Virus record (IMG/VR): IMGVR_UViG_2974672904_000001
Location: 7,916-71,915 of that record
Source of the DNA: a virus
Taxonomy: Duplodnaviria > Caudoviricetes
Length of the DNA stretch: 64,000 nt
Strand: one strand, 5' to 3'
Below are positions 48,756-58,147 of this stretch, one piece after another; positions within the stretch are counted from its first letter, which is position 1; every line of letters begins with the position of its first letter. Made by a program: the position numbers and the translations under genes. The notes beneath the pieces were generated by a model. It saw only the letters and a program-made list of their open reading frames with translations. It was not told where the DNA came from and did not search any database.

Positions 48756-48760
48756 TTAGA

Positions 48761-49759
48761 TTATTTCTCTTTGATTAGGTTTTGCTTCTTGAGCGTCAAG
48801 TATTGAGAACAGTCTGCAAAACGTGCGGGACAATAATTACATCCAATGGCAAGAGGAGGGTAAGCCTTGATGATACCTGTACCATTTTTAGCCTTGGCTG
48901 CACGGAGGTCAGCTAGGGTTTTATTGGATGTGGTATGCGTAGCCATAGTAGCTCTGCCATCGGTTTTCTTAGGGTCTTTAAAGTACTTGTGGACTGTCTC
49001 ACCTGTCTGCCAAAGTTCCTTTGACGTACACTGTGGTAAATCCGCAAAATCCTTCGTCTCAAGACCACGTTCAATACCCATTAATCGGGTTTCGATGTAA
49101 TCATCTAATTCTTCATCGGGTAAGAAATCATAGCGTTCATACACGATATCTGATTGAGGATAATCAGGGTTCTTCTCTGCATCGGCTTTACGCCAATCGT
49201 TGAACATGTAGCAGATATAGAAGTAATCTTTGGTTATGAAGTCAGGGAAGATACGTTTGTAAACACTCGCCTGAAAACGGAAGTCAAAGACTTTATCTGG
49301 TTTGTTGTAAGAGTACGTTGAAGTCGTTTTATAGTCTTCTAGTACACCGTTACATACCATGTCGAACTTGCCTGAGACTGTCCAACCGTACATCTTGATG
49401 GTACGTCTCTGCTCCATAAAGAGGTTCAGTTTACCTTTCACAGGAGCTGGTGGATTGACCACTACTTTCTTATTGTCAATCTTAAAGAAATCCAGACCTG
49501 CCTTACGGAGAGTAGGGCTGTTCCATGTCATTTCAACACTGTCGTGTATCGCATGACCTCTACGAGCTTTGTACAAATCCATTACATCACGGATTTCCAA
49601 ATTTTCTTTAATTACATGCTGACCCATCACGTTCTGTCGAACGCTTTTGAGCAGACCAGTAGCAGAAATTTGTTTCTCTTTAGGATTGAAATCGTAGGTA
49701 TCAGCGAGTAGCCAAGCGACTATAGGAAGGCGTAAATTAGCCTTATTTGTATAGTGCAT
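48761..49759 (-). CDS. PD-(D/E)XK exonuclease, Cas4/AddB-like (N4 gp42-like)
   Basis: GHAIHD, SGKFDMV....LEDYKTTS, C-terminal Cys cluster C...GCNYCPARFADC. Confidence 0.8.
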   Translation of the reverse strand: MHYTNKANLRLPIVAWLLADTYDFNPKEKQISATGLLKSVRQNVMGQHVIKENLEIRDVMDLYKARRGHAIHDSVEMTWNSPTLRKAGLDFFKIDNKKVVVNPPAPVKGKLNLFMEQRRTIKMYGWTVSGKFDMVCNGVLEDYKTTSTYSYNKPDKVFDFRFQASVYKRIFPDFITKDYFYICYMFNDWRKADAEKNPDYPQSDIVYERYDFLPDEELDDYIETRLMGIERGLETKDFADLPQCTSKELWQTGETVHKYFKDPKKTDGRATMATHTTSNKTLADLRAAKAKNGTGIIKAYPPLAIGCNYCPARFADCSQYLTLKKQNLIKEK

Positions 49760-49788
49760 CTCTAGTTCCTTATGTTTAGGGGTGGATT

Positions 49789-49812
49789 AGTATCCCCGAA
49801 CTCAGGGATACT
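49789..49812. terminator. Hairpin after DNA polymerase gene (terminator or processing site)
   Basis: AGTATCCC-8nt-GGGATACT. Confidence 0.5.
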
Positions 49813-49831
49813 TTAAAGCATCAAAAAGGTA

Positions 49832-52315
49832 TTAAGCAGCTTCACTTAATATCGAATTGATATATGAAGGTGGTGCATTATGAGGGAGGGTATTCTCATC
49901 TTTCCACGTAGGATGGAACACATCTAACTCACCTGTGAGCTTCACTTTATCGTGACGTAACTCAGGGAGGTCTTGCCATTCAACACATTTCACAATCTGT
50001 TTATTCATCCAAGCAATGAGCTTAGGAGACATCTTAACCATGAAGTATTGAGCATCATGAATATCTGCAATAGGTAAGATAGCTGTACGGAATTTAGGGT
50101 ATTTCTTCAGTAGCTCAAAGAACTCATTCCCTGCTCTACTGTTAAGCATTCCGTAAGATTGTCCACCTGCTGCATTACCTAGCGTACGTGTTTCCTGACC
50201 ATACGCACCTTGGAACACATGTTCACCAAAGTCAGTAGTGTGCAGTAACGGAGTACGTACTTTTAGACCAAAGGCAACCTTAACAAAGCCATGCTCACAA
50301 GCCTGTCTCAAGTTCTGGTTAGTAAACTCAACCGAATCCTGATACATCTCTTGATACGCTTCATAGACTTTTGTTGATTTATCTTTGCTCCACCCAAGGT
50401 TATTCATCAGCGTAAATATGGTACCCAAGTAGGTCAGGGCAAAGGTCGGAGCCTTACTCCATGTCCTATGGTCTGGATATTTCTTCTTAATGCTGTTGAT
50501 ACTGTCCACAGAGGAAGGGTCAATGCCTTTCATCTCATCGCTGAAGTAGTAGTAAGCACGTAAACAGTGACCATCAAAACCATCGGTATACACCTTGAGC
50601 TTATTCTTGTCCTTGGTTATTAGAGCATTTACTCTATCTTCGAGAGAGGCATAATCAATGCCTACCATTACCCAACCTTTAGGAGCTTTGAAGCAAGACT
50701 TAATCAGCTTGCCTAAGCGTCCACTGGAAGGGAGCTGTTGAAGGTTTACATCACTAGAAGACAATCGCCCTGAGAAGGTTCCACCTAGGTTGAAGTTACC
50801 GAATAGACGGTAGCCAGAAGGAGTCTTAGGTGCTGCCTTAAATGCAGGGATGAACGTATTTAGTAGCTTGCTTGATTTCTTGAATTGGAACAGAGCATCG
50901 AGGAGTTCTCGAATCGCAGGGGTTGCCTGAGGTAGTTCCATCAATCGTTCAATTAGCTTCCCTCCAGTAGCAGGAGAGCCTGTCTTAGTGGTTAAGAGGA
51001 CTGGTAGCTCCAATTCCTGATAAAGTAGCTCTACGAGTTGGTCAGGGCTATTAGGATTGAACTTCTCAAAACACTCATCAGGTGAATACACCTTCTTCTT
51101 AGCTTTTGCTGTTTTCTTGAGAGCACGTCTCTCAGCAAGGAATGCCTCCACATTTTTAACGGCTGTAGATGCACGGAGTATTCGATATGATTTGCGTACC
51201 TCTGTAGCAAGTAGCTTTTCTACTTTACGTACTTGAGGCATGTGCAAAGGCATACCAGTAAGTTGCATCTGAATGATTTTAGGAAGGGAAGCCCTCATGA
51301 TGTTCTGGTAAACATCCATCTGGTCTTCATCTTGTGCCATCTGCCAGTACTTCTCATAAATGTAGAAAGTACCTGCCGTATCCTTCCCGTTATAGACAAG
51401 GATTTTTTCCCTAGAATTGTCGAGGATATTCTTCACATCTTCTTCGTATTTCCCTAGGTACTCATAGGCCAAATCTTTTAGAGAAAGGGATGGTCTAATC
51501 GTACTGTTCAGGGACACGAAAGCGAGCAGTCGGGTATCCTCTACGTACTTGGTTAAGGTGTCTATGCCTTGGAGCATCCCATCAAAGTCATCAAGGTGTT
51601 CCATAAAGAAGTGATAGACTAGGTTGGTTACGTCAAAAGACGCATTGTGGTAAATAGCTTTACCTGTGTACTGGCGTAGGAACTTCCCAATCATCCCCAT
51701 CATGGCACTGTCTTTATATAGCCAGAACACATAAGAATCTGTTTTATTAGGACTGAATGAAATAGAGACCATTTTGTTTGAATAGAACTTCAAACCTGTA
51801 GTCTCCACATCTACGGCTAACTCAGGACACTTCATTAGCATCTTGAGGGTGTCTACTACCTTTTGAGTATAGTCGAAGAAAGGGTAGTGATTAAGCTTCC
51901 CTGCATTCGCATTCTTCATAGAGAAACGCTTACCCTTCAGCAACGAACCAATCATCTTATTAGCAATGCCAATGTCTCGCATTACTTGAGGATTGTGTTT
52001 CGCTGCCAAAGGATTAGGGAGATACACTACATGCAAATCTTCATAGCCCTCTATCGTACACTGACATAGTTCCCCAAGAACCTTACCTGCTGCTGTAATG
52101 CCAAGCAGTACCTTGAGATAATTCGCATCCGTAACCATCAAGATAGTTTCGTTTGGAGGTGTCTCAACTGCTTCAAGTACCTGAAGTAGGTATCTCTTAA
52201 TGTCTTTCTTCTGCATCTTAGGCATCGGAGGGACTCGGCTATGTGCGTACATAGGAAAGGTGTAATGGGGACTAATCGTTTCGATAGGTAGCGAGGAAAT
52301 TACATGGTAATACAT
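49832..52315 (-). CDS. Family A DNA polymerase with 3'-5' exonuclease (N4 gp39-like)
   Basis: Exo AVDVETTGL, HNASFD, YNGKD; pol motif A GIDYASLEDR, motif B RTWSKAPTFALTYLG (Phe at the 762-equivalent), motif C IHDAQY. Confidence 0.96.
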   Translation of the reverse strand: MYYHVISSLPIETISPHYTFPMYAHSRVPPMPKMQKKDIKRYLLQVLEAVETPPNETILMVTDANYLKVLLGITAAGKVLGELCQCTIEGYEDLHVVYLPNPLAAKHNPQVMRDIGIANKMIGSLLKGKRFSMKNANAGKLNHYPFFDYTQKVVDTLKMLMKCPELAVDVETTGLKFYSNKMVSISFSPNKTDSYVFWLYKDSAMMGMIGKFLRQYTGKAIYHNASFDVTNLVYHFFMEHLDDFDGMLQGIDTLTKYVEDTRLLAFVSLNSTIRPSLSLKDLAYEYLGKYEEDVKNILDNSREKILVYNGKDTAGTFYIYEKYWQMAQDEDQMDVYQNIMRASLPKIIQMQLTGMPLHMPQVRKVEKLLATEVRKSYRILRASTAVKNVEAFLAERRALKKTAKAKKKVYSPDECFEKFNPNSPDQLVELLYQELELPVLLTTKTGSPATGGKLIERLMELPQATPAIRELLDALFQFKKSSKLLNTFIPAFKAAPKTPSGYRLFGNFNLGGTFSGRLSSSDVNLQQLPSSGRLGKLIKSCFKAPKGWVMVGIDYASLEDRVNALITKDKNKLKVYTDGFDGHCLRAYYYFSDEMKGIDPSSVDSINSIKKKYPDHRTWSKAPTFALTYLGTIFTLMNNLGWSKDKSTKVYEAYQEMYQDSVEFTNQNLRQACEHGFVKVAFGLKVRTPLLHTTDFGEHVFQGAYGQETRTLGNAAGGQSYGMLNSRAGNEFFELLKKYPKFRTAILPIADIHDAQYFMVKMSPKLIAWMNKQIVKCVEWQDLPELRHDKVKLTGELDVFHPTWKDENTLPHNAPPSYINSILSEAA

Positions 52316-53748
52316 TATTTCTCCTTGAGTTGAAACATAGTGTGTTGGTTCAGGTCTTCGATAGTCTTAACGGCTGAAGCCTTATTATAGATATCGAATG
52401 CAGCCCATATAACTTCTATTCCCTTAGGGAAAGTCGTTTCTATCTCAGGCAAGTTGAAGGCCATATCTGTGAAGATGATGACAATCTCTTGCTCATTGGG
52501 CATAACCTTTTTAGCTACGTGCTCTTGGAGCCAATAGCCAACACACTGGATACGTGTTCCACCACCATGTGCCTTTAAGGGAAAGTGCTTAGGTAATGAG
52601 GGAGTCTTATGGTACTTAACTTCGTCAATAATGCGAGTGTCCCATGTGACTAATGTGAGGTTCTCAGGTTGAATCTCACTGGCAATTCTTCGTATGTTCC
52701 CGTAGAACTTATCTATCATCCACTGGTCAATACTGCCTGAAACATCGGCCATAATCGTTAGATTAAGTACCTTCTGTTCAATGTGGTGTTGACGTTTGTA
52801 GATGTCTCTAGGAAGTTTTCTACGGTTAACAGTAGTCTTGCCTGCCCCTTTCACCATTCGGCTTACTAGGAAGCGTTGGAGAGCAGAACTCCAGTACTGT
52901 GAGGTAGCCACAGCAGTAGCTTTCCCTTTCTTACGGTCACCTTGAGATGAACCCATATCATCTGGGTCATGGTCAGGGTTTTCGATTTGAGGAGGGATAA
53001 GCTCACCAATTTTCTCTAGTTCTTCCTCGGTAATTCGGAAGTTATCAGGCATTGCATCACCAAGAGACGTATCGTTCCCTTTGTGTTGTTGTTCCTCTTG
53101 AAGTAATGTCTCAAGATGGTTCATACACAGATACCTTCCTAGCGATTTCCACGAAGCATTGTGGGTACCTGAAGCGTGAATTTCCCTACGCAACTCACTT
53201 ACTATTGGGGATTCAGGAGGCTTACCTATAGGCAATGCTCCAAACCCTTTAGGATGCTCTTTACGTTCAATAATGTTGTTGATGATGGCATCTGCAATGA
53301 TGTTGTGGATACGTTGAAAAACAGGGCGAGAAAGGGCGTATTTAACCCATGTCCCTGCATCCATTTGCTTCACTACCTCTGCCGTAAAATCAGCAGAGAG
53401 AGGGTGGGATTGAGATAGATAGTAGTGTCTTGCAAGGTCTCTCCAATCTATCTCTCTCAGCTCTTTAAGTACGGTATCTTTCATACAGTGCTTGAGTACT
53501 ATGTGCCAAAGCTCATGAGTAATCAGACCGAACTGAAAGTCCTCATCAAACTGCTGAATATTGGTAGAGTTAATGAATATCTCTTTACCATTAGTCATGC
53601 CATACGGTTCTCTATCTGAGAACTCAATAGGAATACGTACAAGCAAACGTGCCAACCACCCTCGTTGGATAGAACGGAAGTATTTGCTTAGCAACATTTG
53701 CAGGTGTATTTTCCCTAAATCTTGAGGGGTTTGTTTAGAGGCATCCAT
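52315..53748 (-). CDS. vWA-domain metallopeptidase-like protein (DUF2201; N4 gp25-like)
   Basis: THELWH (HExxH), NIIADAIIN, MIDAS motif ADVSGSI, GGGT. Confidence 0.88.
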   Translation of the reverse strand: MDASKQTPQDLGKIHLQMLLSKYFRSIQRGWLARLLVRIPIEFSDREPYGMTNGKEIFINSTNIQQFDEDFQFGLITHELWHIVLKHCMKDTVLKELREIDWRDLARHYYLSQSHPLSADFTAEVVKQMDAGTWVKYALSRPVFQRIHNIIADAIINNIIERKEHPKGFGALPIGKPPESPIVSELRREIHASGTHNASWKSLGRYLCMNHLETLLQEEQQHKGNDTSLGDAMPDNFRITEEELEKIGELIPPQIENPDHDPDDMGSSQGDRKKGKATAVATSQYWSSALQRFLVSRMVKGAGKTTVNRRKLPRDIYKRQHHIEQKVLNLTIMADVSGSIDQWMIDKFYGNIRRIASEIQPENLTLVTWDTRIIDEVKYHKTPSLPKHFPLKAHGGGTRIQCVGYWLQEHVAKKVMPNEQEIVIIFTDMAFNLPEIETTFPKGIEVIWAAFDIYNKASAVKTIEDLNQHTMFQLKEK

Positions 53749-54853
53749 CTTTTTGTTCCTTCAATAAAATGTCCATTTGTGTAGAAGCATCCACATTTAG
53801 ACCTTTCAGAATTGAAGCAATCTGGTCATTAGTGAATAGCATGGATTGACCAATCTCCTCCCCAATACGTTTGATACGTCTGTAGTAAGTCAAGAAGTCT
53901 TCTACATCAGAGACACCAGATAAGAACTGGTACATAGACTGATGCACTTTCTTCATTTCTTCATCGGTGTACACAAGGAAGTCAGTCACGTCAGGGGCAT
54001 CATTAGCTAAGATAACGCCAATGCTTTGAGTACTCACTTGCGATTTAGCCCATAGCAGTAAGTTCTCTGTAGCCATGTTACCGATACACCCTGCCATCAT
54101 ATTGTATGGTAGGTTTTCTAGGTCAGTAGAAGTCTGTACCTTAGCTTTGCGAGCTAGGTTATTGAACTTCTCCCAAGTACGTTCAGAGGCGTAGATATCC
54201 CCTTTCTCGGACTGAGCATAGTTGTTGAGGATTTCGTAATCCCCATTAACCATAGTACTGGTGAAGTAGTCCTTTAAGACAGGGATTAGGTTATGTTGAC
54301 CCCAACCTTCATACCACCATTTGAAGTCACCAATAGCCTTGAAATGCACCATTCTGGATATCATTGGGTCAGGCATTGGAGTTAAGAAGTTGTCGTTAGA
54401 CGCTAGGTTACTTGCAGCCCCAATGTAGACCTTAGGGTGGAGTTTCCCTTTATCACCAACAGCACGTTCGTTGATGAGTTTGTACAGAGCATGGAGGACT
54501 TCAGGGGACGCTTGACGCATCTCATCTAAGAATAGGAACCATCCACGCATAGGTTTCCCTTTCGCATCCACTGGCAACTCTTGGTCATCCAGAGGAAGGG
54601 TTTCCAATGGCACATAAGTAGCCTTGGTTTTGTCTTCATTGAAATTGATAAGACCTTCAAAGTCTTCATTGCTCTTTGTTGAACAACGCATATCAATCAT
54701 TTTTAAACGGGTGTTATCAGCCAATTGCTGAGCTAGAGCAGACTTACCTATAGCAGGGTCACCATGAATGATGAAGGGTTCGTGAGCTTTTAGACACACG
54801 AGGAGCTGTGAGTATAAGTCTCCCATTCTGGTAGTCGGTAGATTTTTAAACAT
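53735..54853 (-). CDS. MoxR-like AAA+ ATPase (N4 gp24-like)
   Basis: Walker A GDPAIGKS, Walker B FLFLDEMRQA, AASN, SRMVH; ATG 54853 after SD AAGGA. Confidence 0.9.
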   Translation of the reverse strand: MFKNLPTTRMGDLYSQLLVCLKAHEPFIIHGDPAIGKSALAQQLADNTRLKMIDMRCSTKSNEDFEGLINFNEDKTKATYVPLETLPLDDQELPVDAKGKPMRGWFLFLDEMRQASPEVLHALYKLINERAVGDKGKLHPKVYIGAASNLASNDNFLTPMPDPMISRMVHFKAIGDFKWWYEGWGQHNLIPVLKDYFTSTMVNGDYEILNNYAQSEKGDIYASERTWEKFNNLARKAKVQTSTDLENLPYNMMAGCIGNMATENLLLWAKSQVSTQSIGVILANDAPDVTDFLVYTDEEMKKVHQSMYQFLSGVSDVEDFLTYYRRIKRIGEEIGQSMLFTNDQIASILKGLNVDASTQMDILLKEQKDGCL

Positions 54854-54872
54854 GATATATCCTTGGTTGAAG

Positions 54873-54905
54873 AAAAAAAAAGAGAGCGCATAAAGCACTC
54901 CCTCT
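54873..54905 (-). terminator. Rho-independent terminator after the RNAP II operon
   Basis: Minus sense AGGGAGUGC-UUUAU-GCGCUCUCU followed by a U tract. Confidence 0.8.
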
Positions 54906-54920
54906 CATCATTAAGTATAC

Positions 54921-55106
54921 CTAAACTATCAGGTATGTGTCGTTACTGTTAGGAGCACGTTTGATAGCTTCAGCTTCCAGAAGCATCTCACGCAAAGATT
55001 GGAACTGCATACCTGACTTTACTGCTAGAGTTGCAAGGTATTGGTTCCCGATAGTCCCTTTGCCTGTACGTTTACGGGTTTTCAATTGCGATAGTATTTG
55101 TTTCAC
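54921..55106 (-). CDS. Small basic hypothetical protein
   Basis: 61 aa; SD AAGGA; lies between RNAP1 and the terminator. Confidence 0.55.
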   Translation of the reverse strand: MKQILSQLKTRKRTGKGTIGNQYLATLAVKSGMQFQSLREMLLEAEAIKRAPNSNDTYLIV

Positions 55107-55115
55107 GGTTGTTCC

Positions 55116-56036
55116 TTAATCGAAACCAGAGACATCACCTTTCTGGTGGAAGTCTACGGATGCTTTATGGAATGCATCTTTCTGGTAGTTAACAAATTTG
55201 CCTTGTACATTACTGCGTAGTCGGGCATCACGTTTATGAGGAAGATAGAATTTGTTGCCTTCTTCTATCAGAATCTCATGTACTTTCTCTTGCTGCTTCA
55301 CGTAGATGTCAAAGGTCAGCTTAGCCATTGCCCTAGCCTTAGGGTGAATAGTTGAGTGGTCTTTAACATACGGAATCTGCATGGCAAACTCCTCGCAAAT
55401 AGAAAGAGGTATGGAATTGGCTACGTTAATAGCCATGTAATCCACTGGGTACTCGTGGTGTTTTAACCCACTTTTTCCAAGAATGATACTGCCAGTAGTA
55501 ATGATGTGATAAGCCTGCGAATAGTTCTTCTTGATAAAGTTCAAGGGGGCTATTGACGGGATAGGCTTATCGTACTGAGCCATTTCTTTCAGAGTTTCTT
55601 TAGCCAAATGAAAGTTAGCAATGACGTTAATGCCATCGAACTTCGTTTGGAAATCCAGAAGCTCTGTATCGGCTAAGCGAGTCATGAAGGTATCAGCCAT
55701 AGACACTGCATCTATTGGTTCCTCAGCCTCGAAGTCATGCATAAGCATTCCTACGTACTGTTGAATAGAAGCCTTAGGCTGTTGCATCAAGGTATGGATC
55801 ACTTTACTGGCTATACGCGTAAACGCACAGTCATCATCACGAGTGTCATCAATGCGTACTGTTACGTAGTCACGGACATGGCAACGCTTGATTTCATCGT
55901 ACACCAAATCGAAGAACTCCAAGAGAAGGTCATCTTCTTGGATTAATTCATCTAAGTATTTGGCTTTCTCAGCATAAGTCAGTTCTAAGTCCATTTGACG
56001 ACTTATAAGTTCTTGCTCACGATATGGCATAGTCAC
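55116..56036 (-). CDS. RNA polymerase II small subunit (RNAP1, N4 gp15-like)
   Basis: GSIIL; EGNKFYLPHKRDARLRSNVQGKFVNYQ aligns with the gp15 DxxGR region. Confidence 0.88.
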   Translation of the reverse strand: MTMPYREQELISRQMDLELTYAEKAKYLDELIQEDDLLLEFFDLVYDEIKRCHVRDYVTVRIDDTRDDDCAFTRIASKVIHTLMQQPKASIQQYVGMLMHDFEAEEPIDAVSMADTFMTRLADTELLDFQTKFDGINVIANFHLAKETLKEMAQYDKPIPSIAPLNFIKKNYSQAYHIITTGSIILGKSGLKHHEYPVDYMAINVANSIPLSICEEFAMQIPYVKDHSTIHPKARAMAKLTFDIYVKQQEKVHEILIEEGNKFYLPHKRDARLRSNVQGKFVNYQKDAFHKASVDFHQKGDVSGFD

Positions 56037-56835
56037 CTCGTAGAATTTCTTTAGATAGGTCAGGGGATATCTTGTCGATAATCACTTGCTCACCCACAAT
56101 CGTTGAACAGATTTGAGACGCTAATTCTCCATCTGCTATCTCAGCCATGATATTGATGTAATGCTGTTTCATGTGACCCACAAAGTTAGGTAGACATGTG
56201 AACTCATCAAATACACTGACTTCATCGAATGAGGGTGTGCGTAGTAGATTACCTAGCATATAGCCCATAGCTTTCAGGTACTGCTCATCCTGTAAACGAG
56301 TAGGCAATTCTAAGTGACGGAAGATATCTTCATAGTTGTTCAAAGACGGAATGATGACAGGACTCACCACCCTTTCTTTGGGTACATGGCCAATCTTCTC
56401 CAATGTACGGTAAGCTTCGACAATACGGCCAATATCGGCAATACGTCTGTAAGCACAACGTACCTGCATTTCACTGGCTACATAGGCATCAATGCTGTGA
56501 GCAATATCAGCAGCCAAAGACACACCCTTAGGTTTACCCTGAACCTTGTTAAAGGAGTAAATGTATTCATTGTGGACATTCTCTATCTTGAAAGATTCCT
56601 GTGAGATAACGTTGTTATGGATATAGGCACCACTTGGTACCTGCCAGAGATGGGTATCATCATCTGTCCATAAACCTGTCAGCTCAACGGCATCAGGATT
56701 GTATTTACTGATAGCGAGATTACGCATCAGGGAAGCTCCCTCACAGTGTTCCTGCATTACTTCGTAGAAAGTGTTGAGCATTTGTTTGTCAAAGTGACAC
56801 AGCTCAGCAGGTTTCTTTGAGGAGCCATAGTAGTG
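56017..56835 (-). CDS. RNA polymerase II large subunit (RNAP2, N4 gp16-like), exon 2
   Basis: Open frame of 272 codons starting HYYGSSKKP; contains AHSIDA, motif C VFDEF.CLPN and gp16-like ending DYAIS. Confidence 0.9.
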   Translation of the reverse strand, partial: HYYGSSKKPAELCHFDKQMLNTFYEVMQEHCEGASLMRNLAISKYNPDAVELTGLWTDDDTHLWQVPSGAYIHNNVISQESFKIENVHNEYIYSFNKVQGKPKGVSLAADIAHSIDAYVASEMQVRCAYRRIADIGRIVEAYRTLEKIGHVPKERVVSPVIIPSLNNYEDIFRHLELPTRLQDEQYLKAMGYMLGNLLRTPSFDEVSVFDEFTCLPNFVGHMKQHYINIMAEIADGELASQICSTIVGEQVIIDKISPDLSKEILRGDYAIS

Positions 56836-57688
56836 CTTGGTGTTCGAGAGAAGGCGTTACACTTCTCCCCGATAGGTGGGTCATATCCTATCAGCTATGT
56901 ATTTCTACATAGAACAGACTATATCATCACCCTTATTTCTAAGGGGCTATGCGCTTCCACTACCAATAACTTGTAGTGTATGCCTTGTTACAGGACTTAC
57001 TAGTCGTTGCACGTTATTTGCCATGCCGCGAGGTGTACGTAGTATCCATTTGTTTGAGGTCTTCTAGTACCGCAAGAGCCTCGTCAAATGTTTTCCTACT
57101 TCTACTTAATCGCTTAGAACCCACAGTTCTACGTATAACGTAGTGCTTATGGTAATCACTCCAACGTATCCCTGTTACGCCAGATGTGTTATCTGCACGT
57201 TTTTTACGGTTACGATTGTTTTCAAGGTGAGTGACTAGTCTTAGATTAGAACTTCTGTTGTTATCAGGATTTCCATCTCGATGGTCTATCATCTTCCCTA
57301 CAGGAAATGCACCATGAACCAGTACCCAAACAATTTCATGCTTGGTTACTCGTCTACGTACACCTTGGGGAATCTGAATGTAATGGTATCCTTGCTGTCC
57401 GATATGGAAGGTAGCTAAATCATGCTGTTTAAATCGCATGTGGTAACCATCTTTCTTTCTTCGGACATTCTCATCAGCATCTAAGTAAAACTCATCTAGA
57501 ATGATGTGTAGGTACTTATTCACGTTCTTTGTCATGGTATCTCTCCCTTAGTAGAAGTCATGATACTCCCATAACAAATGTCATGTCAAATCTTCGCTCA
57601 GGATTGTCTACAGCATTACCTGTTTAGAGGTTCCCTGAATTCACATAGTTTAATCGAGGAGATTACTCTCCAAGTGACCCAGTTACTA
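56836..57688 (-). mobile_element. Group I self-splicing intron, subgroup IA2, 853 nt, with HNH ORF
   Basis: P1 U-G pair at the 5' splice site (exon UGACU with IGS GGUCA at 57675-57679). P 57630-57642, Q 57596-57605, R GUGCAACGACUAG 57000-57012, S GAUGAUAUAGUC 56917-56928. P2, P3, P7.1, P7.2, P8, P9, P9.1, P9.2 helices. Omega-G at 56836. Removal restores the reading frame. Confidence 0.93.
57014..57535 (-). CDS. Intron-encoded HNH homing endonuclease with C-terminal AP2-like domain
   Basis: KHEIVWVLVHG, IDHRDGNPDNNRSSNLR, NTSGVTGIRW; lies between intron elements Q and R. Confidence 0.9.
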   Translation of the reverse strand: MTKNVNKYLHIILDEFYLDADENVRRKKDGYHMRFKQHDLATFHIGQQGYHYIQIPQGVRRRVTKHEIVWVLVHGAFPVGKMIDHRDGNPDNNRSSNLRLVTHLENNRNRKKRADNTSGVTGIRWSDYHKHYVIRRTVGSKRLSRSRKTFDEALAVLEDLKQMDTTYTSRHGK

Positions 57689-58138
57689 AGTCATAATGGC
57701 GTATTTCACATCAGCAGGTAGAGCATCATCAAACTTAAAGTTGGAATCACTCATGTATCCGTACAATGTGGCATAAGCGTTTGCCCTTACTTGTCCTGTA
57801 AGCCCACATAGTGCTGCACCAGATTTACAGCCTGTAATAGCAGAGAACATCTGAAGACCAGAAGCTCCTGCGTCTTGTCCTACTCGGTAGCCCGTAGTAG
57901 GTACTCTTGTTTTGGATTGTTCCAGTAGGTTGAAGTACTCGGTAACAGCTCGAATGAAACGATAACGTTCTTTCTTATCGGCTTCCTCAGCCATCTCTAA
58001 AGCTTTCTCACGTCCTAGGTCTACGATGCCTTCAGCATTCTCTATACGGACGTGGTACAGCTCTTTATCCCATCCGAACATGTTGGCTATATCTACAAGT
58101 AGCCAATCACGTCCAGTAAACTCTCTCCAATCTTGCAT
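57689..58138 (-). CDS. RNA polymerase II large subunit (RNAP2, N4 gp16-like), exon 1
   Basis: FTGRDWLLVDIANMFGWDK; motif A QDAGASGLQ; ends DVKYAIMT at the splice site; the apparent TAG is the first intron triplet. Confidence 0.92.
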
Positions 58139-58147
58139 AATATTTCC

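Noticed and set aside
48761-49759. CRISPR-Cas system suggested by the Cas4-like protein
   Set aside because: No repeat-spacer array or other cas genes seen in the window; context is the phage replication operon.
57686-57688. TAG read-through, recoding or pseudogene explanation for the split RNAP2
   Set aside because: The TAG is the first intron triplet and part of P1; splicing explains the split exactly. Other long genes show no internal stops.
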